Assembly: GCA_963514005.1 (NCBI GenBank) | Contig: OY740795.1 | Span: 33,480,001-33,544,000, forward strand | Direction of reading: 5' to 3' | DNA length: 64,000 nt | Source: Raja brachyura | Taxonomy: Eukaryota | Part shown: positions 49,857 through 61,096 of the stretch, in pieces | Layout of the letters: each line of letters begins with the position of its first letter | Position numbering within the stretch: the first letter of the stretch is position 1 | Translations under genes and position numbers: made by a program | The notes under the pieces: model-generated | What the model saw: only the letters and a program-made list of their open reading frames with translations | Database searches by the model: none | What the model was told of the DNA's origin: nothing

Positions 49857-50463
49857 AAGGCCTGTCCCACTTACGTGTCCTTGGCACACAAATCACGCGA
49901 CCTCGTGGTCGCGTTGAGCCGCGATGGTCCGGTGAAGGTTGGGCGCGATTACATGCGTATGCACAGCCGTCTGGAGCGCGTGACGTCATTTGAAGCTGAC
50001 GTAACTCAGCGGGACCGGCAACATCTCTGGAGAGAAGCAATGGGTGACGTTTCGTGTCGAGACTCTTCTTCAGTCTGAAAAGAAGGTTCTTGACCCGAAA
50101 CGTCACCCATTGCTTCTCTCCACAGATGTTGCCGGTCCCGCTGAGTTACTCCTGCATTTTGTGTCTATCTTCAATTTTCAACGGCCGTGAGCCCCAGCCC
50201 GAATTCGGCAATCGTTTGCCTGCTTCTGCTGCTGTTGAAGGTGAGATGTTGCGTCGCGCCAGGGTCTTGGGCCTGTCCCACTTTGGCCGTCAGTTCCGCG
50301 ACACGCTGTTTCGGAGCCCCGCGAGATGTCGCGCACAACTACATACCCCTCCGCGCTTCTAAGTGGGACCGGCCCTGCGCGACCATACGATGCCCGTACG
50401 CCTCAATGCGACCATGAGGTTGCATAATTTGCGTGCCAAGGACACGTAAGTGGGACAGGCCCT
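49857..50463. mobile_element. PIF/Harbinger MITE (mosaic) with palindromic Penelope cargo
   Basis: TIRs GGCCTGTCCCACTTACGTGTCCTTGGCAC; TAA TSD (49854-49856, 50464-50466); same internal cassette as 27053-27659. Confidence 0.9.
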
Positions 50464-50949
50464 TAAGTCCCAGTCAATATTGGGGAGGTTAAAGTCAGAG
50501 CCAGACCTGGTGCCACAGACTCTACTGCTGCCATTGCTCTTCCCTGAATGATCATAACCCCCCAACAATATCCCGGGGGCACACCTGTTCACAAGGGGAT
50601 TCCTGCATGCTACCTATTCCTTTTCTTGGGGGTCACCCATCTACTTTCTCCTTGCACCTGAGGAGTGACCATCTCACTGTATGATGCTCTCATTCTCCTG
50701 AAAGATCCTGAGATCTCCCAGTCGCAGCTCCAGTTCCATCAGTCAGTTATTGTGGCTGGGCACACTTCCCACAGGTGTGGTCCTCAGGGACACTGTAAGT
50801 CTCTTTGGTTCCCACATGCTGTCAGAGGAGCATATCAATACCCCAACTCCCATTTTCACTGCACTAGCTTTGGTCCTGCGATTGTATGGGAATGTGCTGT
50901 AAGACAAGGAGTGGTTGGTGGGGGGAGGGGGTGGGGTGGTGGGGGTGTG

Positions 50950-51055
50950 TTTAGCAGGAGTGGATCAGGGAATCACAAAGAAAACAGTCCCTTCAAAGTA
51001 CTGAAAGAGGAGGGGATTGTGTATCTGGTGGTGGAATCATATTGGTGCTGATGGA
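50950..51055 (-). mobile_element. possible Penelope ORF remnant
   Basis: ggatcagggaatcacaaagaaaacagtccctt...ctggtggtggaatcatattgg resembles, from memory, the internal region of chondrichthyan Penelope elements; weak. Confidence 0.3.
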
Positions 51056-52724
51056 TATATTTTAAATATACATATGTGGCATGTTTTCTACTCATAAATA
51101 AACTTATAGACATTAAGAAAGAGACGTATTTAGTACTAGAAGCATGGAACTCTTATTCTCCTTAACTTCATCAACAAAGAGCCTATTTTAATTTAACCAC
51201 ATGATCAATTCTTGACAGTGCATGCTTGTGTCACCATGTTTCAATCATGATGCTTATCATTCTAACAGAGAAAGCAGCACTATACCTAAGTTTGGATTAG
51301 CAGCTGCCATGTTACAATTTCAGGAATGGAAGTTGTCTTGAAAGCTGCAAAGCTGAGCAGTGTTTTTCTGCAGTCATTAATTAACTGCAATCTGTTTAAC
51401 AGCAAAAATTGTATTTCTCCAGATGATTAGTGGAAAAACATTGTTATTTTGAACAAAATTACGGACTTGATCGTGTACTCCAGTAAGCCTATGAATAACA
51501 TTACTGTGGAAAATTCAGGTTACTCAGTCGCTGGCATAGGCAATGCCACTGACAACTTTTCAAAATGTTACTTTGTAAATAGTTTATGCAATGTATTACT
51601 TAAATTGGGTCAACATCTGCGTTTAAAATAAATATGTGGTAGAGTTTCCTTCGTGTGCTGGAATCAGCATGATGTGCAGAAACCATCTTAAAATTTTAAG
51701 TGCAGATAATGTGCAGTTCTAACTAAGTTTCACAATCTACTGAGGTTGTTTAAATACCATGGTGTTAGAGCCGGCCCCGGACACAAAACTGGCCACGCTG
51801 CGAAGATTCATTATTCACCATTAGAGTTTAAATTAATTGGGCTCCAGACCTTCAAGGAAGCCTGAAAAATTAAACTGGTTCTTTGGGTACGAAGATACTA
51901 CATGCTATGTTTCATAGGGTTTTCTTTTAATGTAATTTATTGTAAATGTTTTTCTCCCCTAATGTAAATCTAAGTAATTTTGCACTGGATAACTCACAGG
52001 TGGAAAATTGACACTTGACAATTATGTTTTATTTTTTGCATTAAACAATATCATTCTGACCCAACTATTTCAATGTATAATTCTACAAATTTTAATACAA
52101 ATTGCCTACTTGATGATTTGAAATTGAGGGGAAACTTGTGAAGAATTTTTCATATATCTGGAAATATTGAAAATTAGAAGTTCCTGGTCAAACAAGTTTT
52201 GATTTTCTAGGCTGATTAATGGGCAATAATTTTAATGAAGCAAGCTGGTAGAACTACCAACTGAAGACTCTTAACTATTTCTCAAAGAAAATTTGCACCA
52301 ATTCTAAAATTAGGAATGAAATGAAAAGGCCCTTCCATATTTTCATATTTTCGATCACCCAAGTGTCTATCGTACTTGAAATTGGGTTACGCCTAAAACT
52401 ATGAACTCCTAATAATGCAATGTGATTAAAAAGTCTCTACATTTGCAACTGTATTTCAAGGAATATTAATCTTTAAATCTGATGCAAAAGATTCTCTTTC
52501 CCTCGTTCTCACACCCCATTCTCCTAAATTTCTTTCAGATTCTGTGTTATTAGGCATATTTTCACACAAAGTTCAAACCACAATTTGACTCAACATTATA
52601 CAACAGTGAACTGCAACTTGCTCAGCATTACCTCTTCCCCTTTCTTCTTTCATATCACCGAAAATAAAGTCTAGGTTAAAAAGATTTGCAAATGCAAGAT
52701 TGATAGAAGTAAACCACAAGTTAA

Positions 52725-52826
52725 TACCAAAGATAGACACAAATTGCTGCAGTAACTCAGCGGGTCAGGCAGCATCTCTGGAGAAAAAAAAGTGACGTTT
52801 CGGGGTGGAATCCATCTTCAGACTTT
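52725..52826 (-). mobile_element. Penelope-derived repeat with hammerhead core
   Basis: Minus strand aaagt-CTGAAGA-tggattccacccc-GAAA-cGTC-acttt: 5 bp stem I and an intact GUC site, but a weakened stem II. Confidence 0.75.
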
Positions 52827-53140
52827 GCATTCACCTCATGATTTTATCCAACTCTATGTGATCCCCCATCAGCCTCCTGCAGATAACAAATAATCTCCCA
52901 GCCTCACAACATCACCCTATAGCTTAGGCTCTTGAGTCTTCCCAATATCCTTGTAAACATTCTCTGCACCCTTTCCAGCTTAACAGCATCTTTCCTCAGG
53001 CAAGGTGACCAAAACTCCAGTGCAACCTTACTAATGTCTTGTGTAGTTGTAAGATAATGTCTTAATTTCTATGCTCCAATGAAGGCCAGCTCCAAAAAGC
53101 TTCACATATCTTATCAGCCTGCGACTCCACTTTCAGGAGA
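52827..53140 (-). mobile_element. CR1 LINE fragment
   Basis: cctcatgattttat...tctctgcaccctttccagcttaacagcatctttcct, homologous to 24890-25090. Confidence 0.7.
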
Positions 53141-55020
53141 AAAAAAACTACCTTTAACCTGGCTCGGCGTTATGACAGTGATTAGATAAACTATTCATTG
53201 CGCATAACAGCATATTTTTCAGCAAGAGCGAAATCTGCCTAAATAAAATTATGTACTGCTCACACTGTACATTGTATCAATGAAAGCTGTACCTAAATTG
53301 TAGAGCAAACTGAAAAATAATTTATGGATTCTCATTGCCTTTCAAGCATCTATGCCCAGGTGGGATGTAGCCCATAAGTTTACACAAAAGCTTACAATAA
53401 TATGAGCTGTTGCCATAGCAATCAGACTTCCACTGAAATGATGTCATGATCTGTCATGATATCATTGCAAATGAGATGCAATTTCTGAACATAAATTGTT
53501 TTGAGTTTAAAGTAGAAAGTAATGTACTTCATCCGACAATCACCTCACCCTTGACTTTTATTCAAGGGTCGGTCATTGATCAAAACTATAAATTTACGAT
53601 GCCAGATCATATGTTGAACTGGAAGGGTGAGTGAAGGACTGTTAGTGAACCACAGTAACCCTACAGACTGGAAATAAGATTAATCAGCTGATAACATTGC
53701 TTTTCAAAATGACTGTGGATGTCTGAACATGCACTTATTGCTTGGTTTGATTAATTTAAGAACTTCCACATTGATTCAAAAATCATAGCTTAATCTTCCT
53801 TAGAGAAACAGTAATTTATTGAGACGATGTATGACGTGAGATGCCTTAAGCTAGTGTTGCTCTGGTCAAGGCAAAATAATAAAATAAATGGCTCAAATAG
53901 TTATGTACTATTTCCATGGTGTGGAAATCGCTTGCACGAACCAAGATGTCCGCAAGTCAAATGAATTAGGTGAGCTAATTTGAGTTGGGATGAGAGTCAG
54001 CATGTCACAAATGGCTACAACATATCTCAAGCTAAAATAAAATTCTTGTGCCTAATTACTAACTTCAAATTGCTGCTGTGAAATACCCATCCAACGACAG
54101 GACTAGACTTGGCTCTAATCTCCCGAGTCAAAAATCTGTTGACATCACTGTGTTGGCTCAGACATGAAAAATGGCTATTTGGAAAAGATCCTGAATGACT
54201 GCCAACATCGATGCAAACATTGCTTAACATCAGTCACACTTTCAGAAGGACAGGAAAAAAAAGACAAGGAAATGGCAGCCAAAAGCAGATTGAATAAATA
54301 CTAAATGTGAAAGTCAACAGAATTCTTCAGGAGGGCTGCAAAATGTTCTTCTTTTAAAACTACCTTTGTGTCACATGCGGCATATTTTGATAAGGAATAA
54401 TCCCAATAAATTAAACCGATTTTAGTTGTGAAGAGAAGAAAACTGATTTTATTTGAAATAAATAATTTACATTAGCACATGACGAGGAAACGTGAACCAA
54501 ACTGTTGATGATGATGAAGGAGTAAAATTATTAAACAAAAAAGAATGTGAAAGATCAATCTGAAGTTCAGTTGTGGCAAGCCCATATTTTTGGTCTTATA
54601 TGATCTTGGGATCAAAATCTTGACAGCCCTGCTGAATGGTCCCTTTCCGTTGTACATTTACAAGAAAGGCTGCAGCCATTCCAGAAAGCAGCTCATCTCT
54701 GGCTCCATCCCAAGGGCATTTGGAGATGGGCAGTAAAGGTTGGCTGTGTCACTGTGTCCCACAAATGGGTAATGGGCTGTTTAAATGTGTGAAGCTAGTC
54801 TGTATTTAATGGAGAAAGTACAGCTGACCCAATGTCCCATAGCTCTGTGTCCACGTCTTTGATATAACCAAGTAATGATCTAAATGAAATTCCACACCAT
54901 CTCAAGAGAAAAATTTCGAGCAACAGTGCTCAGCAAAGATCAGGTATTCCACAGACTATTTTTGGCAAATCATAATACTGTGCAAAATATATTGTGATCA
55001 AAATCAAATTATTCTTTTGT

Positions 55021-56810
55021 ACTTTGGTGACGGACGCACCACACATCTCTGCCCTTCCTGCAGCTGGCAAGCTCCTCTTTTGTCTCTACATATGCGTCTT
55101 CCATCAACGTTTTCAGCATCGTCTTGATTGCCCGTCCCGGGTCACATCTTCCATGGGTAGGTTCCCACAGCAGAACCTTGTTTGCTGACATTTCTGGGTG
55201 GCTGTGCAGTGACCAGCGTGCTTCATCCTTCTCGACCAGATCTTCTCGATCAGAGGTGGAATCTCCCCATAGAGCTGAGCGTTGGTGATGTGGTCCCTCC
55301 AACTGCCATTTTGAACTTTTCTGAGCACTCAGGTGTAGGTACCATCGAGAGACCTGGACAGTGCTCGAGTGAGAGTCCATGCCTCACACCCGTACAATAA
55401 TATGATCTCTACAGTTGCATTGAAAAATCTCAGTTTGAGACCCTGAGACATCCAGATTTTCCCAGGTCCAGATTTTCCCCATGTTATTGAGGGCTTTCCA
55501 TGCAAGCGCTTTCCGGATCCTGATGTCATTCTCCGAGCTCTGCATCCTTGCTCCCAGGTACTTGGTCCTCCACTTTCTTGTGAGATGCACCGCCACTGGT
55601 CTTGAGAGGCTAATGGTCACCAACATTGAACGCCATGTATTCCGTCTTCTTGGCATTAAGGTGGAGGCCCACTTTCTCGCACTCCGTCTCGACCCTGCCG
55701 AGCAGCTCCTGTGCCTCCCTAATCTGGTCTGACAGCAGGACGATGTCATCAGCGAAGTCGAAGACTGAAAAGTTGACTGGTCCGATTCTTCTCGAACGCT
55801 TTGGGGTGATTGTGAAGCCGAGGTCCTCATGTTCCTTGAGCGCCGGCCTCATGGCATAATCAAGGACAATGACGAAGAGAAAGGGTGCCAGCGTGTCTTC
55901 CTGTAAGATCTCAACAAGGATCTCAAACACTTTGCTCTCGCCATCCGGGGTGACAACCTTGGCCGTGGTGCCCAAGTGCATATCCTCAATTACTCTCAGG
56001 AGACGAGGAGGGATACTGTAAGCCTTCAAAATCCTCACCATTTTGCATCGATGAATTGAGTCAAACGCCTTCTTGAAATCTATGAAGGTTAGGACGGCCG
56101 GCAGGTTGTTATTCTACACCTCAATGATTCTTCGGAGGGCAAGGATCTTTGTGACCGTGTTCCTCATCTCTCTGAAATCACTCTGATTGTAATGTACCTT
56201 TGAGTCGATTGCAACCCGAATCCGGTTGAGAATCAAGCGGTTGAAGATCTTGGCCAAGACACATGTCAGGCTGATGCCACGATAGTTGTCAGTCTTGTTC
56301 AAGCTCCCAGATTTGGTGATGTTGGATCGTGAACACTGTGTTGGCTTGTCATTCGTCATTAGCGCTGTGTTGCAGAACTTGAGCATGATGTCGTTGAGCT
56401 CACAGTTTTTCAACACCTCTGGAGGGATGTTATCAGGGCCTGGACTCTTCCCTTGCTTCAGCGAGCTCTTAACTTTTCGCAGCTCCTCCATGATGAAGGG
56501 GCCGTCGTGAATCTGTACATCCCTGAAGACTGTCTCGATCTCCTCATTTTCCTCAGTGACAGTTGGAGGTGACCCAAGCAGGCTCTTGAAGTGGGTGCAC
56601 CACGTGTTGATTCGGTCCTCTGGAGCGTTCCCATTGACTTGACCTGACTTGGTCACCTTCCTGCCACACTGATCTCTCCCTCCATGCCTCGTTATACCAC
56701 TTGCCATCATAGGCTGCCTCTACTTCCTGTATCATTCTCGCAACCTCCTCCTCCTCCTTCAGTTTGTTGTACACCTCAAAGAGTTGGGATTTGGCCGCCT
56801 TCACCGTGCC
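55021..56810 (-). mobile_element. 5'-truncated, frameshifted RTE-clade LINE (RT domain and C-terminus)
   Basis: KSPGPDNIPPE, DNYRGISLT, TFIDFKKAFDSIHR, LQEDTLAPFLF, DFADDIVLL, KYLGA, LLYGCEAWTL and AGHC motifs in order; more GC-rich than the host DNA. Confidence 0.88.
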
Positions 56811-57074
56811 GTCAAAAACGAGCACCACTGTCACCGTGACCGTCGGAAACTAGCACCACTACATCGCTAATGTTTTCAACAAAATTAATCTAATCTAATC
56901 TTTTGTTCTTCATTTTCGTGACCATCCTTTGAATCAGTAGAAATATGGGATAAAATATAAAATGTTAGTGTGCCAGGTGGAGAGAGCTTGGAATTTTCAT
57001 CAATGTAGGAGAATTTAAATAGCATATTATAGCATAGAAAATATGTGTCTCATAGCTCACTTTAGCACAGGTGA

Positions 57075-57765
57075 TAGGGTGCTAAAGAAGCTGTATGGTA
57101 TGCTTGCCTTCGTTGCTAAGAGGATTGAATATAAGAGAGGAAGTAATGATGCAGCTCTATAGGACTTTAGTTAGGCTGTATTTGGAATATTGCATGCAGT
57201 TCTGGCACCCCATTACAGGAAATACGTGGAGACTTTGGAGAGGGTGCAGAGGAGATTTGCCAGAATGCTGGCTGGATTAGAGGGTTTCAACTGCAGAGAG
57301 AGGCTGGATAGACTTGGATTGTTTTCTCTAGAATGTCAGAGGTTGAGGGGAGACTTCACAGAATATATCAAATTATGAGAGGCATAGATAAGAGTAGAGA
57401 GTCAGAACTTTTTCCTAGGGTGGAAATGTCAAACTAGTGGGCATGGGTATAAGGTGAGACAAGGAAAATTTAATGGAGGTGTACAGGGCAAGTATTTTTA
57501 CATAAAGAATGGTGGGGGCCTGGAACACATTGCCAGGGTAGTGGAGGAGGCAGATACAATAGTGGCATTTAAGGGGCTTTTAGATAGGCACATGGAAGTG
57601 CAGCTAATAGTGGGATGTGGATCATGTACAGGCAGATTACATCAGTTAACTAGGCCTGTCCCACTGAGTTACTCCAGCTTTTTGTGTCTAACTAGGCATC
57701 ATGTTCGTCACACACATAGTGGGCCGAAGGGCCATTTCTGTGATGAGCTGTTTAAAGTTCATGTT
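57075..57765 (+). mobile_element. CR1 LINE 3' fragment
   Basis: LYRTLVRLYLEYCMQFW and LERVQRRFARMLAGL...RERLDRLGLFSLE motifs; a small Penelope-repeat fragment sits in the tail at about 57655-57692. Confidence 0.88.
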
Positions 57766-58582
57766 TTTACTCTAATTGTGAAATAAGGGACCATAACCTA
57801 TAAAGTCTCCATTTGGGATAGGAGCATAAACAGTGGTGTTTTAGACTACATTGTAATCAGGTGCTTGTTGTCTGCTGAATGAGCTGGCCACGGCAACATT
57901 TCTCATCAGCCAAAATGGCCTAAATCCTTGAATCTAAATGTAATGTCTGCCAACTTTTTGATTTAAATCATTTTCCTATGTCTGAGAGTCTCTTGTTCTA
58001 TCATCATATAATTTCTTGATATATTTTAAATATAGATTCAGGCCAGGAATGGACTTCGCCTCCTGCTGGTTCTTCCTTAGATTATGTGCTTACTCTGCTT
58101 AGGGCAATCCATTAATATGAAAGGGGACAAAAAAACATTCAACACCCTTTTCTTGCATATTCAAAATGCCTAATGCCTATTTCAGGACTGTACCTTGAAT
58201 ACCTATACTGAATTCCTGAATGATATATGAGAGATAGCTCACTTTTGGCATGAAAGACATGCACATGCTACCTACCAAATTTGCTGTTAGACATTTGTAT
58301 TAAGGAACACTGAAAAGATTCTGAAGCAATGTACATGATACCAGATAAAGCATAACATAAAGATGCACCTGATAAGCAGTATTTCTCATTAATCGAAAGC
58401 TTTCTTTTCATTAACGTCTGGTGACATTAAATTGCACATTAAACTGGGATAAATGGCAACATATTCCTACGGAGCAACAGCGAGTAAAGTTCAGCAAAAG
58501 AACAGAGGAGCAGAAAAAAATATTTGTATCCACTTAAACCTGTAATGCGATTCAATTAAATAACAATTGCTTTGTATTTCCT

Positions 58583-59248
58583 GATGAGGTCCCAGTAGAC
58601 TGGAGAATAGCCAACATTATCCCTTTATTTAAGAAAGGAAACAGCGACAAATGAGTAAATGATACACCAGGAATACCAGTAACCTGTAAGTCTCACGTCA
58701 GTGGTAGCAAAAGATTCTCAGGAACAGGATATAATAGTATTTGGAAGAACGTGGACCTATTTGAGATGATCAAAATCAAAGATCCTATAACGAGCAAGAT
58801 AGTCCATGGTGCCTGGATTGATGTTGCCTGGTTTGGAACATATTAGCTATGAGTAGAGGCTGGACAAACGTGGACTGTTTTCACTGGAGGGTCAAAGGCT
58901 TGATAGAAGTATGTGAAATTATGACAAGCACAGATAGGATAGATGGACATTCCCAGGCTGGAAAGGTCACATACCGGAAGGAATAGGTATAAGGTGAGAG
59001 GAGGAAATTTTAAAATAGACGTGTGAGCAAGTTTTATTTTAATGCAGAGTAATATGTGACTGGAACATGCTTCCAAGTATAGTGGTAGATATGATAGCAG
59101 CATTTTAAAGGACACATGAATAGGCAAAGTTTAGAGGGAAAAGGACCATGTGCAGGTAGATGGCATTAGTTTAAATTGGTGTCATGGTCAGTGAAAACAT
59201 GGTGGGCCAAACGGCCTGTTCCTGCCGTACACCATTTTATGTTCTATG
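58583..59248 (+). mobile_element. internally deleted CR1 LINE
   Basis: EVPVDWRIANIIPLFKKG (gaggtcccagtagactggagaatagccaacattatccctttatttaagaaagga) followed by a decayed 3' end and tail. Confidence 0.75.
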
Positions 59249-60296
59249 TAAATGCCTTGGTTCCCATAACCTTAAAATGTTTGTCCAGCCAAATCTATTA
59301 CTTTTATTTGGTTAAGATTATCTGAAATTCTCTGCAAAGATATCCAATAAGTTAAAAAATTATAGATTGCTATGGATATCAATAAAGACCCTGCATTGAG
59401 TAAATGGCACCAAGATCTTTTCTGATGTCAATCACTGCAAACATTTTACAATTAAAGAAAACAAGGATTGTAAATAAGAAAAATTATAATTGAATTACCA
59501 CTATATTTTCAACAGTTGTCAAAAATAAATACATTTGCTAGGCATATTTTCTTGAATTATGATTTTTTTCACTTGATACTCCTGGTGGTCAGGTTAGCAA
59601 CTCTGGCAGCATTATTTTGGGATTCTCACTGACAACATAAGACATATGAGTCAACAGTCTATAACACCTCTTCTGCTCTTATCTCAGATCTTACTTCATC
59701 TTCAGGTATTATCTGCAATGTTGGAGAAAACAAAACAAAGCAAATGCCCCCTAGCAACAGTTGTTGCCTTCAGAATGATCACCTTAAAAATGGGCCTGGT
59801 GAAACCTTACACATCTGTGGCTGCCTTTTTATGCATATTGTGGAGGTCAGTATCCAAGTATGACTAAACTACTTTATAAAACTTAATAAGAAACTGTCTG
59901 AAAATGAATGTACAAATTGCAGATACTTAAAGAATTTGATCACAAATCTATTGCATCCTGATTATCCATCTATTGAATTAAATATAATCCATGTAGTTCT
60001 TTTAGTTCTATTAAATTCACAGTCAAAGGGTCCGGAAGTGGCCGCGCTGGCTGGCAGCTGCAGCTCACCTGCAGTCCGCCTGTTTTTTTTATTTTTTTGT
60101 TGTCTTCTAATGTTTGTTTTAGTAGAATTTAGTTTTATTAGGTTGTGTATGTGTGGGGTAGGGAGGGGTGGGAGAAACAGGGTTTTAGTCCCTCCCTTCG
60201 GGGGTATGCGTCTCCCCCGTCACCGTCTCCATCTGTGCTGAGGCCTAATGGCGGAGCTGGCGGCCTCGGAGCTGTGGCGGCGTCCTGCGGCGGCCT

Positions 60297-60840
60297 GGTT
60301 TGGAGCTGCGGTGCTCCAGCGGCGGTGGCGGCCCAGCTTCGAGTTGCGGTGCTCCAGCGGCGGCGGCCCGGCTTAGTGCTGCGGTGCTCCAGCGGCGGCG
60401 GTCCGGCTTAGAGCTGCAGTTCTCCAGCAGCAGCGGTCCGGCTTGGAGCTGCGGTTTTCCAGCAGCGGCAGCGGTCCGGCTTAGAGCTGCGGTGCTCCAG
60501 CGGCGGTCCGGCTTAGAGCTGCGGTGCTCCAGCGGCGGTCCAGCTTAGAGCTGAGGTGCTCCAGTGGTGGCGGCGGTCCAGCTTAGAGCTGAGGTGCTCC
60601 AGTGGTGGCGGCGGTCCGGCTTAGAGCTGCGGTGCTCCAGCGGCGGTCCGGCTTAGAGCTGCGGTGCTCCAGCGGCGGACGGCTTAGAGCTGCGGTGCTC
60701 CAGCGGCGGCGGTCCGGCTTGGAGCTGCGGTTCTCCAGCATCGGCAGCGGTCTGGCTTAGAGCTGCGGTGCTCCAGCGGCAGCGGTGGTCCTCCAGCAGT
60801 GGCGGTGGCCCGGCTTAGAGCTGCGATGCTCCAGCGGCAT
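60297..60840. repeat. GC-rich VNTR, about 15 units of mostly 31-38 bp
   Basis: Unit ggcttagagctgcggtgctccagc(ggc)n ggtcc; length varies mainly by GGC triplets. Confidence 0.95.
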
Positions 60841-61059
60841 CGGAGTCCTGGATAGCCTCAGCGCAGAGGGAGAACTAGGAGGGACGAAGACAATGACTTA
60901 AGACTTTTGCCTTCCACCACAGTGAGGAGGTGCCTGGTGAACTCATTGTGGTGGATGTTGAATATGTGTTTATTGTTTGTTTTTTGTTTTTTTAATTATA
61001 TGTTATGACTTCATGGTAACAATTTTGTTCATACCGAAAGGTCTGAATGACAATAAAGG

Positions 61060-61096
61060 AATCTAATCTAATCTAATCTAATCTAATCTAATCTAA
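61060..61096 (+). repeat. (AATCT)7 microsatellite tail
   Basis: Direct reading, immediately after caataaagg. Confidence 0.9.

Larger units (their letters stand above)
48645..50880 (-). mobile_element. CR1 LINE 5' and endonuclease region, split by two MITEs
   Basis: DFNLPNIDWD endonuclease motif at about 50465-50495 and decayed CR1 ORF2-like sequence on both sides of the insertions. Confidence 0.6.
60031..61096 (+). mobile_element. non-autonomous composite non-LTR retroelement (GC-rich head, VNTR, LINE-type tail)
   Basis: Starts ccggaagtggccgcgctg; central VNTR; ends with stem-loop ttcatacc-GAAA-ggtctgaa, AATAAA and (ATCTA)n. No TSD seen. Confidence 0.7.

Noticed and set aside
60297-60840. 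Regularly spaced 31-38 bp repeats resembling a CRISPR array, with Ser/Gly/Ala-rich ORFs
   Set aside because: The units are contiguous with no unique spacers, there are no cas genes and the context is eukaryotic. The ORFs are by-products of a GC-rich VNTR.
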